A stretch of 64,000 nt of DNA from IMG/VR virus record IMGVR_UViG_3300009709_000002, positions 232,228 through 296,227 of that record; one strand, given 5' to 3'. Numbering within the stretch: the stretch's first letter is position 1; each line of letters starts with the position of its first letter. The DNA is from a virus. Its lineage: Duplodnaviria > Heunggongvirae > Uroviricota > Caudoviricetes. A program made the translations under genes and the position numbers. The notes under the pieces are model-generated. The model saw nothing but the letters and a program-made list of their open reading frames with translations, was not told the origin of the DNA and searched no databases. This document shows, piece by piece, positions 1 to 9,121 of the stretch.

Positions 1-1
1 T

Positions 2-274
2 CGAACAAATGCTGATGGCACGATTGAAGTTTGGGGTCTAACTGTGATTGGTGTAGGAGTAACTTCAGTTGAAGTTACCTTACCTGTAACGTTTCCAAAC
101 GGATTTGTAGGTTGGGCTACTTCTGACACCGGTGTTTCTTGCTTCTCCTTCGGTATCACAGTTGTTGATAACTCACACATTAACGTACTGGCTCCACAAT
201 ATTGGTTCACCGGTACAGGAACTGTCGCGGCTAGAGCAAGTGCAACATGCGCTTGGCACGTCGTTGGCTACTAA
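2..274 (+). CDS. Tail fibre protein, C-terminal part (gp53-like C-terminal domain); 5' end lies outside the window
   Basis: Frame is open from base 2: RTNADGTIEVWG...VTLPVTFPNG, the xxQ/VWG...TFPxxFPN pattern of phage tail-fibre C-terminal domains. Confidence 0.7.
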   Translation, partial: RTNADGTIEVWGLTVIGVGVTSVEVTLPVTFPNGFVGWATSDTGVSCFSFGITVVDNSHINVLAPQYWFTGTGTVAARASATCAWHVVGY

Positions 275-299
275 TTGATTTTCACATTTTGAGAGACTT

Positions 300-1952
300 A
301 TGTCAAATTTAACTCCAAGCACAACCCCAGGTTGGGATCCAGTTCCAGAGCTTGAAACATCCACCTTGGCGCTAGGTGGACCTGGCGGTCCAATGAATAG
401 TCAAGCCCAAGCGCTTCTTGATAGAACAGAATCTATTGCTCAAGGAACTATTCCGCCTGGCGCAACAATCACTGGCGCAGAAGTAGCATCTGTAAGTCAA
501 GGTGGTGGTCTGGTATCACTGACGCTGACAAAAGTTGCACAGTGGATCTCACAGGTATTTCAAGGATTTACTCAGGTTGGTTCAGCTTCTGTTGCTAGAA
601 CTATTCAAAATAAATTGCAAGAAGTAGTTAGCGTCAAAGATTTTGGTGCTAAGGGTGATGGTGTTACGGATGATACTGCTGCCATTCAAGCAGCTATCAA
701 TACATTAACTCCAGGCGGCGTATTGTATTTTCCATATGCTACATATCTGATCAAGCATTCTCTGACATTAAACATCAATAATGTTTCATTTGATATGAAC
801 TATTCAACAATCCTGCTAAATGATTCTACGGGATTATTAGATCATATTGTTATCGGAAATGGTTCTGCACAACTATATGGCATTGAGCTTGAAAATGGAA
901 TATTTGCCAGATCGCAGGTGGCCACTGGTGGTTATGCATTACACTTTAATTTTGTAGGAACATCTAAAGTTAGAAATTGTAGAGTGTATGGCAATAACTT
1001 CATCTACGGTGGCATCTTGATGTTTCAGTGCATCATGGTCGACATCGTTGATTCCTATATACAGAATTGTGTAGAATATGGTATCAACATGTATGGCACA
1101 AATGGCACAAACCTTCAAACAAATTCATGTAGGGTAGATCGTTCATATATTGAATACTGCCCATATGGATTGAATGCTGGCAACTATGTTCAAGGGCTGT
1201 ATATCCGAAATAGCGTATTCTATGAATGCACAAACACCGCATTTGCTTATAGTCCTAGCTCAGTGTTGCCTAACAGTATCAGCGTAAAGCTTCAGCATAA
1301 TGACTTCGACACATGTGGAACTGGCGTGTACATGCAATATTGCTCCGGTATAACTATTGATGAAAACTGGTTTTCAAATAATAGCGCTAACAATATTACG
1401 TTGCAAACCGGGACAACTGAGGCGACTATCAATGGAAATCAGATGTATAGTGAAGCATCATCTGCTCATCAGATTGAAATATGGGGAACTGATATTCAGA
1501 TAACTGGAAATATACTATCTGGTGGTGAAAGTTGTGCATATTTGAAATCGGTGTCTTCAAATGTAAGTATTGTTGGTAATACAATTTCTAATAGTACATG
1601 GGGTATCGATCTCAATGAAGCTCCATCAAATTTCAACATTCTAAATAATCGTATGTATGGATGTGTCTCTGGTGTATTGAATGGTACAGGTGGAGCAAAT
1701 GGTTATATAGCCAGCAATCCAGGATACAATCCTGTCGGGCCATCATACATAACGGTTGGTTCATCTCCGTATACTTATACAGCTGGTGCATCACCAGAAA
1801 CTATTAGCATAGCTGGAGGTACTGTTACGCAAGTGAGTGTAGGTGGAGTTAACTTATTCTTCAATTCCAATGTAACTGTTAAATTAGGCCCACACGCAGC
1901 AGTTGTAGTTACTTATTCATCTGCACCAATTATGGCAAAGTATGTAGAATAA
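300..1952 (+). CDS. Tailspike/tail fibre with pectate-lyase-like right-handed beta-helix
   Basis: VSVKDFGAKGDGVTDDTAAIQAAIN motif followed by Asn/Gly/Ile-rich beta-helix repeats; N-terminal anchor GWDxxPELETxTxALGGPGGP shared with the next gene. Confidence 0.85.
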   Translation: MSNLTPSTTPGWDPVPELETSTLALGGPGGPMNSQAQALLDRTESIAQGTIPPGATITGAEVASVSQGGGLVSLTLTKVAQWISQVFQGFTQVGSASVARTIQNKLQEVVSVKDFGAKGDGVTDDTAAIQAAINTLTPGGVLYFPYATYLIKHSLTLNINNVSFDMNYSTILLNDSTGLLDHIVIGNGSAQLYGIELENGIFARSQVATGGYALHFNFVGTSKVRNCRVYGNNFIYGGILMFQCIMVDIVDSYIQNCVEYGINMYGTNGTNLQTNSCRVDRSYIEYCPYGLNAGNYVQGLYIRNSVFYECTNTAFAYSPSSVLPNSISVKLQHNDFDTCGTGVYMQYCSGITIDENWFSNNSANNITLQTGTTEATINGNQMYSEASSAHQIEIWGTDIQITGNILSGGESCAYLKSVSSNVSIVGNTISNSTWGIDLNEAPSNFNILNNRMYGCVSGVLNGTGGANGYIASNPGYNPVGPSYITVGSSPYTYTAGASPETISIAGGTVTQVSVGGVNLFFNSNVTVKLGPHAAVVVTYSSAPIMAKYVE

Positions 1953-1970
1953 GTTTGTTGAATCAAATTC

Positions 1971-1998
1971 AAAAGGAGAGAATTCTCTCCTTTTGTTG
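1971..1998 (+). terminator. Rho-independent terminator
   Basis: aaaaggagag-aatt-ctctcctttt followed by gttg. Confidence 0.8.
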
Positions 1999-2033
1999 TT
2001 TATGCATCTAGATAACCACGCTGTGGCCACTTT

Positions 2034-2041
2034 CATAAATA
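2034..2041 (+). promoter_or_regulatory. T4-late-like promoter (CATAAATA)
   Basis: NATAAATA box about 40 nt upstream of the tailspike gene; the same box recurs before many structural genes. Confidence 0.6.
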
Positions 2042-2080
2042 GATTGTTCAGGGTAGCAGCATTACACAATTGAGAGATCT

Positions 2081-4318
2081 ATGCCAAATTTAACTCCAAC
2101 AGCAGGTTGGGATGATATTCCAGAGCTTGAAACAACTACAAGAGCTCTAGGTGGACCTGGCGGTCCAATCAATGCACCAGCACAGTCATTGTTTAATCGC
2201 ACTGAACTGTTGAGAACAAGACAAGAAATTCCAGATTATGCAACACTAAGAACATTCACTTTGGATGTTCCCTTGGTGTATGTGACCGGTTATCTTGGAA
2301 CGACTGCACCTAGCGGTATCGCAGGGACTTTCATTCTCGATTCTAGCGATAACACCACCGCAGATAATGGTGCGACAGTAATTGTTGATGCTTCATTGCG
2401 CCGCTGGAAACGACAATACTCTGGTCCAGTTGATGTAAACTGGTACAATCCGCTGGTGACAGTTACGAGTGGCATTGAAGATTGGACAGCTGCATTGCAA
2501 GCGGCTCTCACGAATCACCTATCACTGACGCTTCCATATCGTCCGCTTGGCTATCGTATCACATCACCAGTAAATCTGCAATCAGGTCAACGCATAACTG
2601 GAACTGGCGGTTTAGTGCAACGTGATGATCAAAACAATCATCTGTTCTCAATCGTTAACCAAACAAATATTGTCATTGATGGTGTGTCATTCACCCATAA
2701 TTACTTCATGGCTGGTAATCGTGGAACATGTTCGGCGATCTATTCATCTGGCAGCTCGCAGATTAAGGTCACCAATTGCGAATTCAACAATGTAGGATTG
2801 TTCGCTGTTTCTACTGATCTTAGCGGTGATGGTTGGGTTGTTCATAACAACCGCTTCTACAATATCGCTGGAACCGCATATGACGCACGTGGTGGGAAAG
2901 GCCACATCGTCTCAGATAACTACATCTTGAACACTGGTGATGACGCGATTGACGTTGCAAATGCTCCTGGCGCTGGTTCATCTAGAACTGTCATTTGCAA
3001 CAACATCATTATCAATCCTGGTCAAATTCAAGTTGGCGGTGGCGGTATCAGAACAAACTCAGCTGGTGCAACGATCAGCGGAAATCAAATTGAAAATGCC
3101 AACATGTACTTCATTGTAGTCGCTGCATTGTCTACAGATGGTACAATCCGCCCTGATAGAGTTGTGATATCTGACAATGTTGGCTATGGTATCAAGCCAA
3201 CAACCAATAACACGACAGGCTGTGTGATGGTTAAAAATTCTGGTTCTGTCAAGATGCATGACAACAATTTTGACCCGGTTGGAGCTGGTGTGATTACGGT
3301 GACGAACGTAGTCAACAATGGATCTGGTTTCTGTCGCTACACTGCTGCAAATCACGGCTACACGACTGGTAACGTCGTTCGAGTTGGGGGAGTGGTTGGT
3401 GTAGCTCTTGCAAATGGCTCTAATCCAGTCACGGTGATCGACGCTAACACGTTCGACATTCCGACATTTGCATTTACAACTGGAACTGACTTGTATGTAA
3501 GCGGTGGTACAGCGTGGAACGCAACGGTTGGTATTCGTGCCTACTCTGGTGATGACACACCAACACAAAACTCTGTAGTAGATGCTCACGACAATACGTT
3601 CTTGAACGTTGAGTCGCCATATCGTATCATGCTGCTTGGCCTGAACAAACTGTTCTTCAACAATAACACGATCGATACCTACTATGATCCGTCACAGTTC
3701 GCTAATACATCTACGATGACGCTGTTGCAGTGCAATCGTAATAGATGGTTCAACTGTAACAGTACTACAGGCGGAATTTTTGATGGTTCAGGCGCAGGCC
3801 TAGTGACTATCACTAGACTCGAGTTGAATGATAATGAGTACTATCCAGTTACAGCAAACCTGGCCACTGTGCCTATCAACTTCAACCTGGCTACAGTTAC
3901 CTGGGCAGAAGCTTTGCGTAACAAGTTGAATGGTGCTGGCAATCGTATCACCGCGCCTACTAACATCCAACAGTTCATCTTTGGCAACAACGTACCATCA
4001 TTCTTCTTTGACGGTGACTTCAGCGGAACACGTTGGAATCAAGGAAATGGAACGATCGCTGCAGGGCAAACAGCATCGGCTGCTCTTTCTCACGCTTGCG
4101 CTTTGGTTGATGGTCAGGCTCAACAACCAAAAAGCTTAGAGCTGCAAGTTAGCTCACAGCTTGGATCGACCACACCAGTGTTCGTTCAGATTGAAGAGCA
4201 GTTCTCTACGTCATTCGTTGTTATGACCAACACAGCGGCTCCAACTGGAGGTGTAGCCTTCTCGTGGCGCATGTCTCCAGTAGTTCAACGTTACGTCAAC
4301 GGTGCTCTTTCGGCTTAA
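2081..4318 (+). CDS. Second tailspike/tail fibre with beta-helix
   Basis: Same N-terminal anchor as 300..1952; DDAID and NN/NQI beta-helix repeats; an inserted beta-rich module (NHGYTTGNVVRV...VTVIDANTFDI). Confidence 0.8.
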   Translation: MPNLTPTAGWDDIPELETTTRALGGPGGPINAPAQSLFNRTELLRTRQEIPDYATLRTFTLDVPLVYVTGYLGTTAPSGIAGTFILDSSDNTTADNGATVIVDASLRRWKRQYSGPVDVNWYNPLVTVTSGIEDWTAALQAALTNHLSLTLPYRPLGYRITSPVNLQSGQRITGTGGLVQRDDQNNHLFSIVNQTNIVIDGVSFTHNYFMAGNRGTCSAIYSSGSSQIKVTNCEFNNVGLFAVSTDLSGDGWVVHNNRFYNIAGTAYDARGGKGHIVSDNYILNTGDDAIDVANAPGAGSSRTVICNNIIINPGQIQVGGGGIRTNSAGATISGNQIENANMYFIVVAALSTDGTIRPDRVVISDNVGYGIKPTTNNTTGCVMVKNSGSVKMHDNNFDPVGAGVITVTNVVNNGSGFCRYTAANHGYTTGNVVRVGGVVGVALANGSNPVTVIDANTFDIPTFAFTTGTDLYVSGGTAWNATVGIRAYSGDDTPTQNSVVDAHDNTFLNVESPYRIMLLGLNKLFFNNNTIDTYYDPSQFANTSTMTLLQCNRNRWFNCNSTTGGIFDGSGAGLVTITRLELNDNEYYPVTANLATVPINFNLATVTWAEALRNKLNGAGNRITAPTNIQQFIFGNNVPSFFFDGDFSGTRWNQGNGTIAAGQTASAALSHACALVDGQAQQPKSLELQVSSQLGSTTPVFVQIEEQFSTSFVVMTNTAAPTGGVAFSWRMSPVVQRYVNGALSA

Positions 4319-4340
4319 AAGAATAAAGCTGGTTTAAAAC

Positions 4341-4370
4341 AAAAGGAGGAAGATATTTCCTCCTTTTGTT
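4341..4370 (+). terminator. Rho-independent terminator
   Basis: aaaaggagga-agatatt-tcctcctttt followed by gtt. Confidence 0.8.
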
Positions 4371-4469
4371 GCATTTGATTGAAAAAGCTCAAATTCCTGC
4401 CTGGCTGGGGTTCATTTCATAAATAGAATTGTTCAAAGTAGTTGAATTACACAATTATAGGAGTATGAA

Positions 4470-4685
4470 ATGACTTTTGAAACTACCGACATCGTGTTGG
4501 CTGCTTGCCTTAGAATCAAGGGTTTTAAGATGACCAACATTGTAAAGCAGGGCAATAAGGGCACTTTCGTGTTTGATGGTGTTCAAGAGGCCGTTGTAGA
4601 CCAATATGACTTGGGCCAACTTTTAGTTGAACCACGCGCACTAAACAACGAAATCAAGGCTCTGACTACAGCTGCTAGACGCTAA
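4470..4685 (+). CDS. Small hypothetical protein (DUF5659-like)
   Basis: FETTDIVLAACL...GF...KGTFVF pattern; RBS aggag; late box CATAAATA at 4418-4425. Confidence 0.5.
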   Translation: MTFETTDIVLAACLRIKGFKMTNIVKQGNKGTFVFDGVQEAVVDQYDLGQLLVEPRALNNEIKALTTAARR

Positions 4686-4723
4686 TCATTTCCATAAATA
4701 CACATCCATATAGGAGACTTTGA

Positions 4724-5812
4724 ATGGCAAATAATGATTACGCAATGGTATGGTCTGATTCAACGCTGAAATCAGGCTTTACTTTGGAAGGTGGTACGAT
4801 TGACACAACGACCACCTCACTTTCTTTAACTGGTAAGGGCGTTTATCTCTGGGGTCAGAGAGTTCAAGAAAACTTCATTTCTTTGCTTGAAAATTTCGCC
4901 TCTAACAACCACCCACCAGCTAACCCAACAATTGGTCAGCTTTGGTACAATGCTTCAAACTCCAACGGTCCAGCATTTTACAACACTAGCTCGCAGTGGG
5001 AATACCTAGCAGCGATCAACCCTTCAACAGGTATGTTGCCGCCTGGCATCGTTCCAGCTCAGCCTTACATGATTTACAAAGGCACGTGGAACGCGACTAC
5101 GAACTCTCCAGCTCTCGTCTCTGGAACCGGAACGCAAGGTTATCTCTACAAGGTTGCAACGGCTGGTACAGTTACGGTTGATGGATGCTCACAGTGGTCT
5201 GTTGGTGATTTTATCTGCTTCAATGGAACTACGTGGGACAAGTTTGAAGGTCAAAACAGTGGAATTCCAATCGGCGCTATCATGCTGTGGAGCGGCTCGA
5301 TCGCTTCGATTCCAGCTCACTGGGCACTGTGCAATGGTGCAAATGGAACTCCTAATCTCACCGACCAGTTCGTCGTAGGTGCAGGTAATTCATACGCTCC
5401 AAGAAATACTGGTGGTGTAGCTTCTATTACGCTATCTCAGAGTCAAATGCCGTCACACACCCACGGCGTATCTGCTTCATCTGACGGTCAAGGTTCACAC
5501 GCTCACGGTGGCTCAACATCTGCTATCGGTGATCACCAACACCAACCACAGAATCTTGGATCAAACCAGGCGGGTCAGGATAATGGACAATCTGGTTGCT
5601 CGGTTGCCAACGGCTATGCTCTTACCAACGTACCATCACGTGATCAACAGCCTGATCTTCCGGCTGGTGGACACAGCCACACGATCGGTACCGATGTTCA
5701 AGGTTACCACGCTCACAACATCTTCGTGACGATCGCTAATGCTGGTAGCGGCGCTCCAATCGAAAACCGCCCTCCGTACTACGCTCTCGCGTACATCATG
5801 TACACCGGCTAA
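4724..5812 (+). CDS. Baseplate/short tail fibre protein with collar domain and HxH repeats
   Basis: ENFISLLENFA...PTIGQLWY N-terminus, collar motif PIGAIMLWSG...WALCNG...PNLTDQFVVGAG, several HxH motifs; late box at 4693-4700. Confidence 0.8.
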   Translation: MANNDYAMVWSDSTLKSGFTLEGGTIDTTTTSLSLTGKGVYLWGQRVQENFISLLENFASNNHPPANPTIGQLWYNASNSNGPAFYNTSSQWEYLAAINPSTGMLPPGIVPAQPYMIYKGTWNATTNSPALVSGTGTQGYLYKVATAGTVTVDGCSQWSVGDFICFNGTTWDKFEGQNSGIPIGAIMLWSGSIASIPAHWALCNGANGTPNLTDQFVVGAGNSYAPRNTGGVASITLSQSQMPSHTHGVSASSDGQGSHAHGGSTSAIGDHQHQPQNLGSNQAGQDNGQSGCSVANGYALTNVPSRDQQPDLPAGGHSHTIGTDVQGYHAHNIFVTIANAGSGAPIENRPPYYALAYIMYTG

Positions 5813-5832
5813 AATTAAGCTGCATAAACAAC

Positions 5833-5858
5833 AAAAGGTGCTGAAAAGCACCTTTTGT
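5833..5858. terminator. Bidirectional terminator between convergent genes
   Basis: aaaaggtgc-tgaaaa-gcacctttt, with a T-run on each strand. Confidence 0.75.
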
Positions 5859-5872
5859 ATTTTCTACTTCGT

Positions 5873-6934
5873 TTAAACTTTCAGGAAAGCATCCCAGTCA
5901 GAAACCGAGCGAGCTGAGTACGATACAAGACCGTCAAGGCTTTCACGGCAGTACTTACGAGCGTTAACCCAAACGTCCTTCAGCTTTTCAACCATGTCAT
6001 CAGTAGACGTTGGATCAGCGAAGGTAGCTGGAGCAGCCCACGAGATCTCAGACGAGCAAACAACCGGAACACCAACTACAACCGTGTCAGCTGTTACGAT
6101 GTTGAACGTTTCGGTGAATGACACTTGCATGCAGACATCCATCGCTTTGATAACGTTCAAGAATTCATCATGGTTAGTCCATTGTACCTCGACCAGCTCA
6201 GCGTTAGCCACGCTAGCGAACAAGCTACGAAGATTCTTCAATACATTTTCACCCATCATCTCATTGCGGCCGAGATTGATGTGGAACTTGAGCGGCAGTT
6301 CCAAGAAGTTAGCGAACTCAATAGCTGCGATCGCTTGCGCCAGGTGATTCTTCATCGGACGAACTGCACCGAAACATCCGATGTTCAACTCAATGCGACG
6401 ACGCCATGGCGAGTGGTGAACCCAAGTCTGCTCAGTAATTGGGTAGTAGTTTGGCAAGTAGGGCGTGCACTTTGATACGCTCATTGCACGGCTTGGGAAG
6501 TTGTGAGCTAGCACAGCAAGTTCCTTGTGGATACGAGGAGCATTGCCTGCTACAGCTACGCCACGACGCCAGTATTCAAAAGTCCAGCCCATCGCGATAC
6601 CTTCTTGCGCAAGGAATGGAACTTCACTGTGGCAACGTACAATCCATTGTACTTTCGGGTGCAGCGGCTTAAGTACGTCAAACTTTTCTGGCACAACCCA
6701 GTATCCTTCAATGAAGACGTGAGTTGGCTTGAATGCGGTTACTTCTCTATCAATGCTGTTGTTATCAATGACTACAACTACTTTTGCTTCAATACCTTGC
6801 TGTTGTAACATGTTGGCTACGAAGGTAGCCGAATTGAACATACCAGAGGCGACGCTTGGCTTGTAATGACTGACGTCTTGACCGTAGTCTTCACGCAGTT
6901 TGAGGATAAAGAGGGCACGAGGTGCGGTGTTCAT
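5873..6934 (-). CDS. Glycosyltransferase (GT-B fold, GT4-like)
   Basis: FGAVRPMKN and DVCMQVSFTETFNIVTAD, the GT4 R...K and E-x7-E-like motifs. Confidence 0.75.
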   Translation of the reverse strand: MNTAPRALFILKLREDYGQDVSHYKPSVASGMFNSATFVANMLQQQGIEAKVVVVIDNNSIDREVTAFKPTHVFIEGYWVVPEKFDVLKPLHPKVQWIVRCHSEVPFLAQEGIAMGWTFEYWRRGVAVAGNAPRIHKELAVLAHNFPSRAMSVSKCTPYLPNYYPITEQTWVHHSPWRRRIELNIGCFGAVRPMKNHLAQAIAAIEFANFLELPLKFHINLGRNEMMGENVLKNLRSLFASVANAELVEVQWTNHDEFLNVIKAMDVCMQVSFTETFNIVTADTVVVGVPVVCSSEISWAAPATFADPTSTDDMVEKLKDVWVNARKYCRESLDGLVSYSARSVSDWDAFLKV

Positions 6935-6962
6935 TAGGAGGCTCCGGAGGAATTGGCACAGA

Positions 6963-6970
6963 TATTTATA
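6963..6970 (-). promoter_or_regulatory. T4-late-like promoter TATAAATA for the glycosyltransferase
   Basis: Exact TATAAATA on the minus strand 29 nt upstream of the ATG. Confidence 0.65.
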
Positions 6971-7059
6971 GGTTGATTTTGCTCAAGTGATTGAAAAGAT
7001 TGACCTTGTAACGTCCTCGTAACGGCCGGATAACATCTTGTATCAATTTTCACAAAGAT

Positions 7060-7089
7060 GTTTACATGGGCCATTTTTGATGATATAAT
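7060..7089 (+). promoter_or_regulatory. Early sigma70-type promoter
   Basis: GTTTACA-N17-TATAAT, resembling the T4 early GTTTAC -35 element. Confidence 0.8.
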
Positions 7090-7124
7090 TTCTCCATTGG
7101 TAAATATTCTCTTTGGAGAATGAA

Positions 7125-7241
7125 ATGAAAAATCCGGTAGCAAAGGATCTTCACTCGCCAAAGTACAAGATGCGCGTTGTCAAAAAGAAGAAAGGCAAGG
7201 GCTCTTACAAGCGAGAAAAGAAGGTTAACAGCGACGACTGA
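7125..7241 (+). CDS. arfA: ArfA-like alternative ribosome-rescue factor (38 aa; absent from the ORF track)
   Basis: MKNPVAKDLHSPKYKMRVVKKKKGKGSYKREKKVNSDD matches the ArfA core (LxxPxFRQRVEKNKKGKGSYxRK); RBS ggag; directly after the early promoter. Confidence 0.75.
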   Translation: MKNPVAKDLHSPKYKMRVVKKKKGKGSYKREKKVNSDD

Positions 7242-7251
7242 CGGAGGTTGT

Positions 7252-7674
7252 ATGAAACCAACGTATGAGGAATTGGCAAAGTCCCTGCAAGAAGCGCTGA
7301 ATTTTATCGAGCATGACAAAGCGAATGAAGGAAAACTGACAAACGCTGATCAATGGCAGCGAAATGTAGTAGAGTTTCGCAAGCACACATCAATGATTGG
7401 TGTGGGCCGCACGGCGCTCGATGAAGCATCAGTGAACCTGGCAAAGATTCGCGATCAGCTTTCTCGGATCAATGATCCCGATGAAGTTGAAGAAGCTGTC
7501 GCAGCAGAAGCAAGCCCAGAGTTGGTCGAAGTGCTGAAGCAAAATCTTCGGATTGAAGTGGTGGAAGGCAATTTCACCGATCCGAACAAGCGCACGATCA
7601 AGCTGATGATCGGCATGGAAAAGATCAGTGAAGCTGATTTTGACGTTGTCCAGAAGCGAGAATACGAAGGTTAA
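7252..7674 (+). CDS. Hypothetical protein
   Basis: Start reassigned to ATG 7252 (RBS ggagg) because the track start at 7177 overlaps the ArfA-like ORF. Confidence 0.65.
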   Translation: MKPTYEELAKSLQEALNFIEHDKANEGKLTNADQWQRNVVEFRKHTSMIGVGRTALDEASVNLAKIRDQLSRINDPDEVEEAVAAEASPELVEVLKQNLRIEVVEGNFTDPNKRTIKLMIGMEKISEADFDVVQKREYEG

Positions 7675-7676
7675 TC

Positions 7677-7937
7677 ATGTCGTACCAGAACTTTTTCACA
7701 GCTGTGCATCTTCGTGATGAGTATGCATCAGTGCATAAAGGATATGCACAGCTGTTTGACATGATCAAACGTGGTTGGGGTAAGCTCTATCTTGACTTTG
7801 ATTGTCAAGTTGAAGCAACGATGGGTAACATTCAGAATCACATCCTCAATGGCGATCCTACGAGAGGCGTGCTGCTTTACTCGTCTCAGTATGAGCCCGC
7901 TCTGAAAGTTCAATATCAGACCTTAGAATTGTTCTGA
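7677..7937 (+). CDS. Hypothetical protein
   Basis: 86-aa ORF tightly packed in the early operon. Confidence 0.55.
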   Translation: MSYQNFFTAVHLRDEYASVHKGYAQLFDMIKRGWGKLYLDFDCQVEATMGNIQNHILNGDPTRGVLLYSSQYEPALKVQYQTLELF

Positions 7938-7945
7938 TCCTCGCG

Positions 7946-7953
7946 TATAAATA
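7946..7953 (+). promoter_or_regulatory. T4-late-like promoter upstream of the tRNA pair
   Basis: Exact TATAAATA 12 nt before tRNA-Thr. Confidence 0.65.
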
Positions 7954-7965
7954 GAAATTCTATCT

Positions 7966-8042
7966 GCTCCTGTAGTTCTAATTGGTCAGAATAGCTGATT
8001 GGTATTCAGCAGCTTTGGGTTCGAATCCCAATGGGAGCACCA
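7966..8042 (+). tRNA. tRNA-Thr(GGT)
   Basis: Cloverleaf: acceptor GCTCCTG/TGGGAGC, anticodon stem GCTGA/TCAGC with loop TT-GGT-AT, T-loop TTCGAAT, encoded CCA. Confidence 0.9.
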
Positions 8043-8052
8043 GCAGTACAAT

Positions 8053-8128
8053 CGAGATATGGTGAAATTGGTGATCGCGCGGGTTTCATACGCCTGAGTT
8101 TCCGGTTCGATCCCGGGTGTCTCGACCA
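8053..8128 (+). tRNA. tRNA with CAT anticodon (elongator Met or Ile2)
   Basis: Acceptor CGAGATA/TGTCTCG, loop TT-CAT-AC, T-arm TCCGG-TTCGATC-CCGGG, encoded CCA; C1-G72 is paired, so it is not a typical initiator. Confidence 0.85.
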
Positions 8129-8160
8129 AGCCTGAAGATGAAAGTCTTCAGGCTTTTGTT
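8129..8160 (+). terminator. Terminator after the tRNAs
   Basis: agcctgaagat-gaaa-gtcttcaggct followed by tttgtt. Confidence 0.8.
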
Positions 8161-8208
8161 GTTTCTACGGCCAATAAATACACGATGACAACCAATTGTG
8201 AGCCATAC

Positions 8209-9087
8209 ATGCGATTCAAACAGCTATACGAAGCTGGTAAAGCTTCCTCAAAAATTCAGACCAAAAATGATGTGCTCAATTGGCTAGCACAGAACAACTC
8301 AAATGAGCATCTTCCGGCTAACAAGAACAAGTATGCAGATAAAGCATATGACATCTACAGCGATTTAAGCGTAGATATTCTAAGCGGACATTCTTTTCAT
8401 CTTGACACAAGATTTAGCGGTGAGCTAACAGAGCTACCAATTCACTTCAGCAAGATGGAAGGCGCAGACTTTAGTGTTGTTGGATCTTCAATTAGCTCCT
8501 GGAAGAACTTTCCAACTGATTGGCATGGTGGGCAAACTCAACGACTTATTATCAGTGAGTCGAACATCACCTCATTTCACGGCATGCCAGAATTTGACGG
8601 AACTGCACTTCTTGCTAATATGCTAGACATTACTTCATTGGAAGGATTGAAGCTTGGTAGTAGAGTAAGAGCGGTACAGCTGAGTGACAATGATAAACTT
8701 AGTTCACTGAAGGGTCTGCCGCCACATGCTGGCAATGGGTACTTGTCTATCGGTGGTGAAGCGCTTGAATCACTTGAAGGTCTGCCGCCAGAGATTGATA
8801 GCTTCAGGTTGAAAGCTCCAAAAATGAAGTCACTGTCAAAGATTCATCGACACTTGAAGAAATGTCATCAGATGGTACTCATTGGAATGGATAGCCTGGA
8901 AGCTGGACTGCTTGGCCTATTGAAGATTGAAGATCTATCAGAGCTTACGTGGAATGAGATGCCGCTTGAAGTTACGAAAGCTCTAATCATTGTCAAAAAG
9001 CACCTGAAATCTGACAAAGAAGATAAAGTTCTAGCTTGTCAATCTGATCTCATTGATGCTGGTCTTGATGAATTTGCAACACTCTAA
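8209..9087 (+). CDS. LRR-like paralogue family member (dispersed copy, longer repeat region)
   Basis: Start reassigned to MRFKQLYEAG; LxSLxGL repeats; GLLGLLKI motif; C-terminus ACQSDLIDAGLDEFATL; late box AATAAATA at 8173-8180. Confidence 0.8.
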   Translation: MRFKQLYEAGKASSKIQTKNDVLNWLAQNNSNEHLPANKNKYADKAYDIYSDLSVDILSGHSFHLDTRFSGELTELPIHFSKMEGADFSVVGSSISSWKNFPTDWHGGQTQRLIISESNITSFHGMPEFDGTALLANMLDITSLEGLKLGSRVRAVQLSDNDKLSSLKGLPPHAGNGYLSIGGEALESLEGLPPEIDSFRLKAPKMKSLSKIHRHLKKCHQMVLIGMDSLEAGLLGLLKIEDLSELTWNEMPLEVTKALIIVKKHLKSDKEDKVLACQSDLIDAGLDEFATL

Positions 9088-9121
9088 CATAAATATGTAA
9101 CTAGATGTACCGGAGATTTAT

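Noticed and set aside
7177-7251. Track start of ORF 7177..7674 (MSKRRKARAL...)
   Set aside because: It overlaps the ArfA-like ORF in another frame; ATG 7252 has a proper ggagg RBS.
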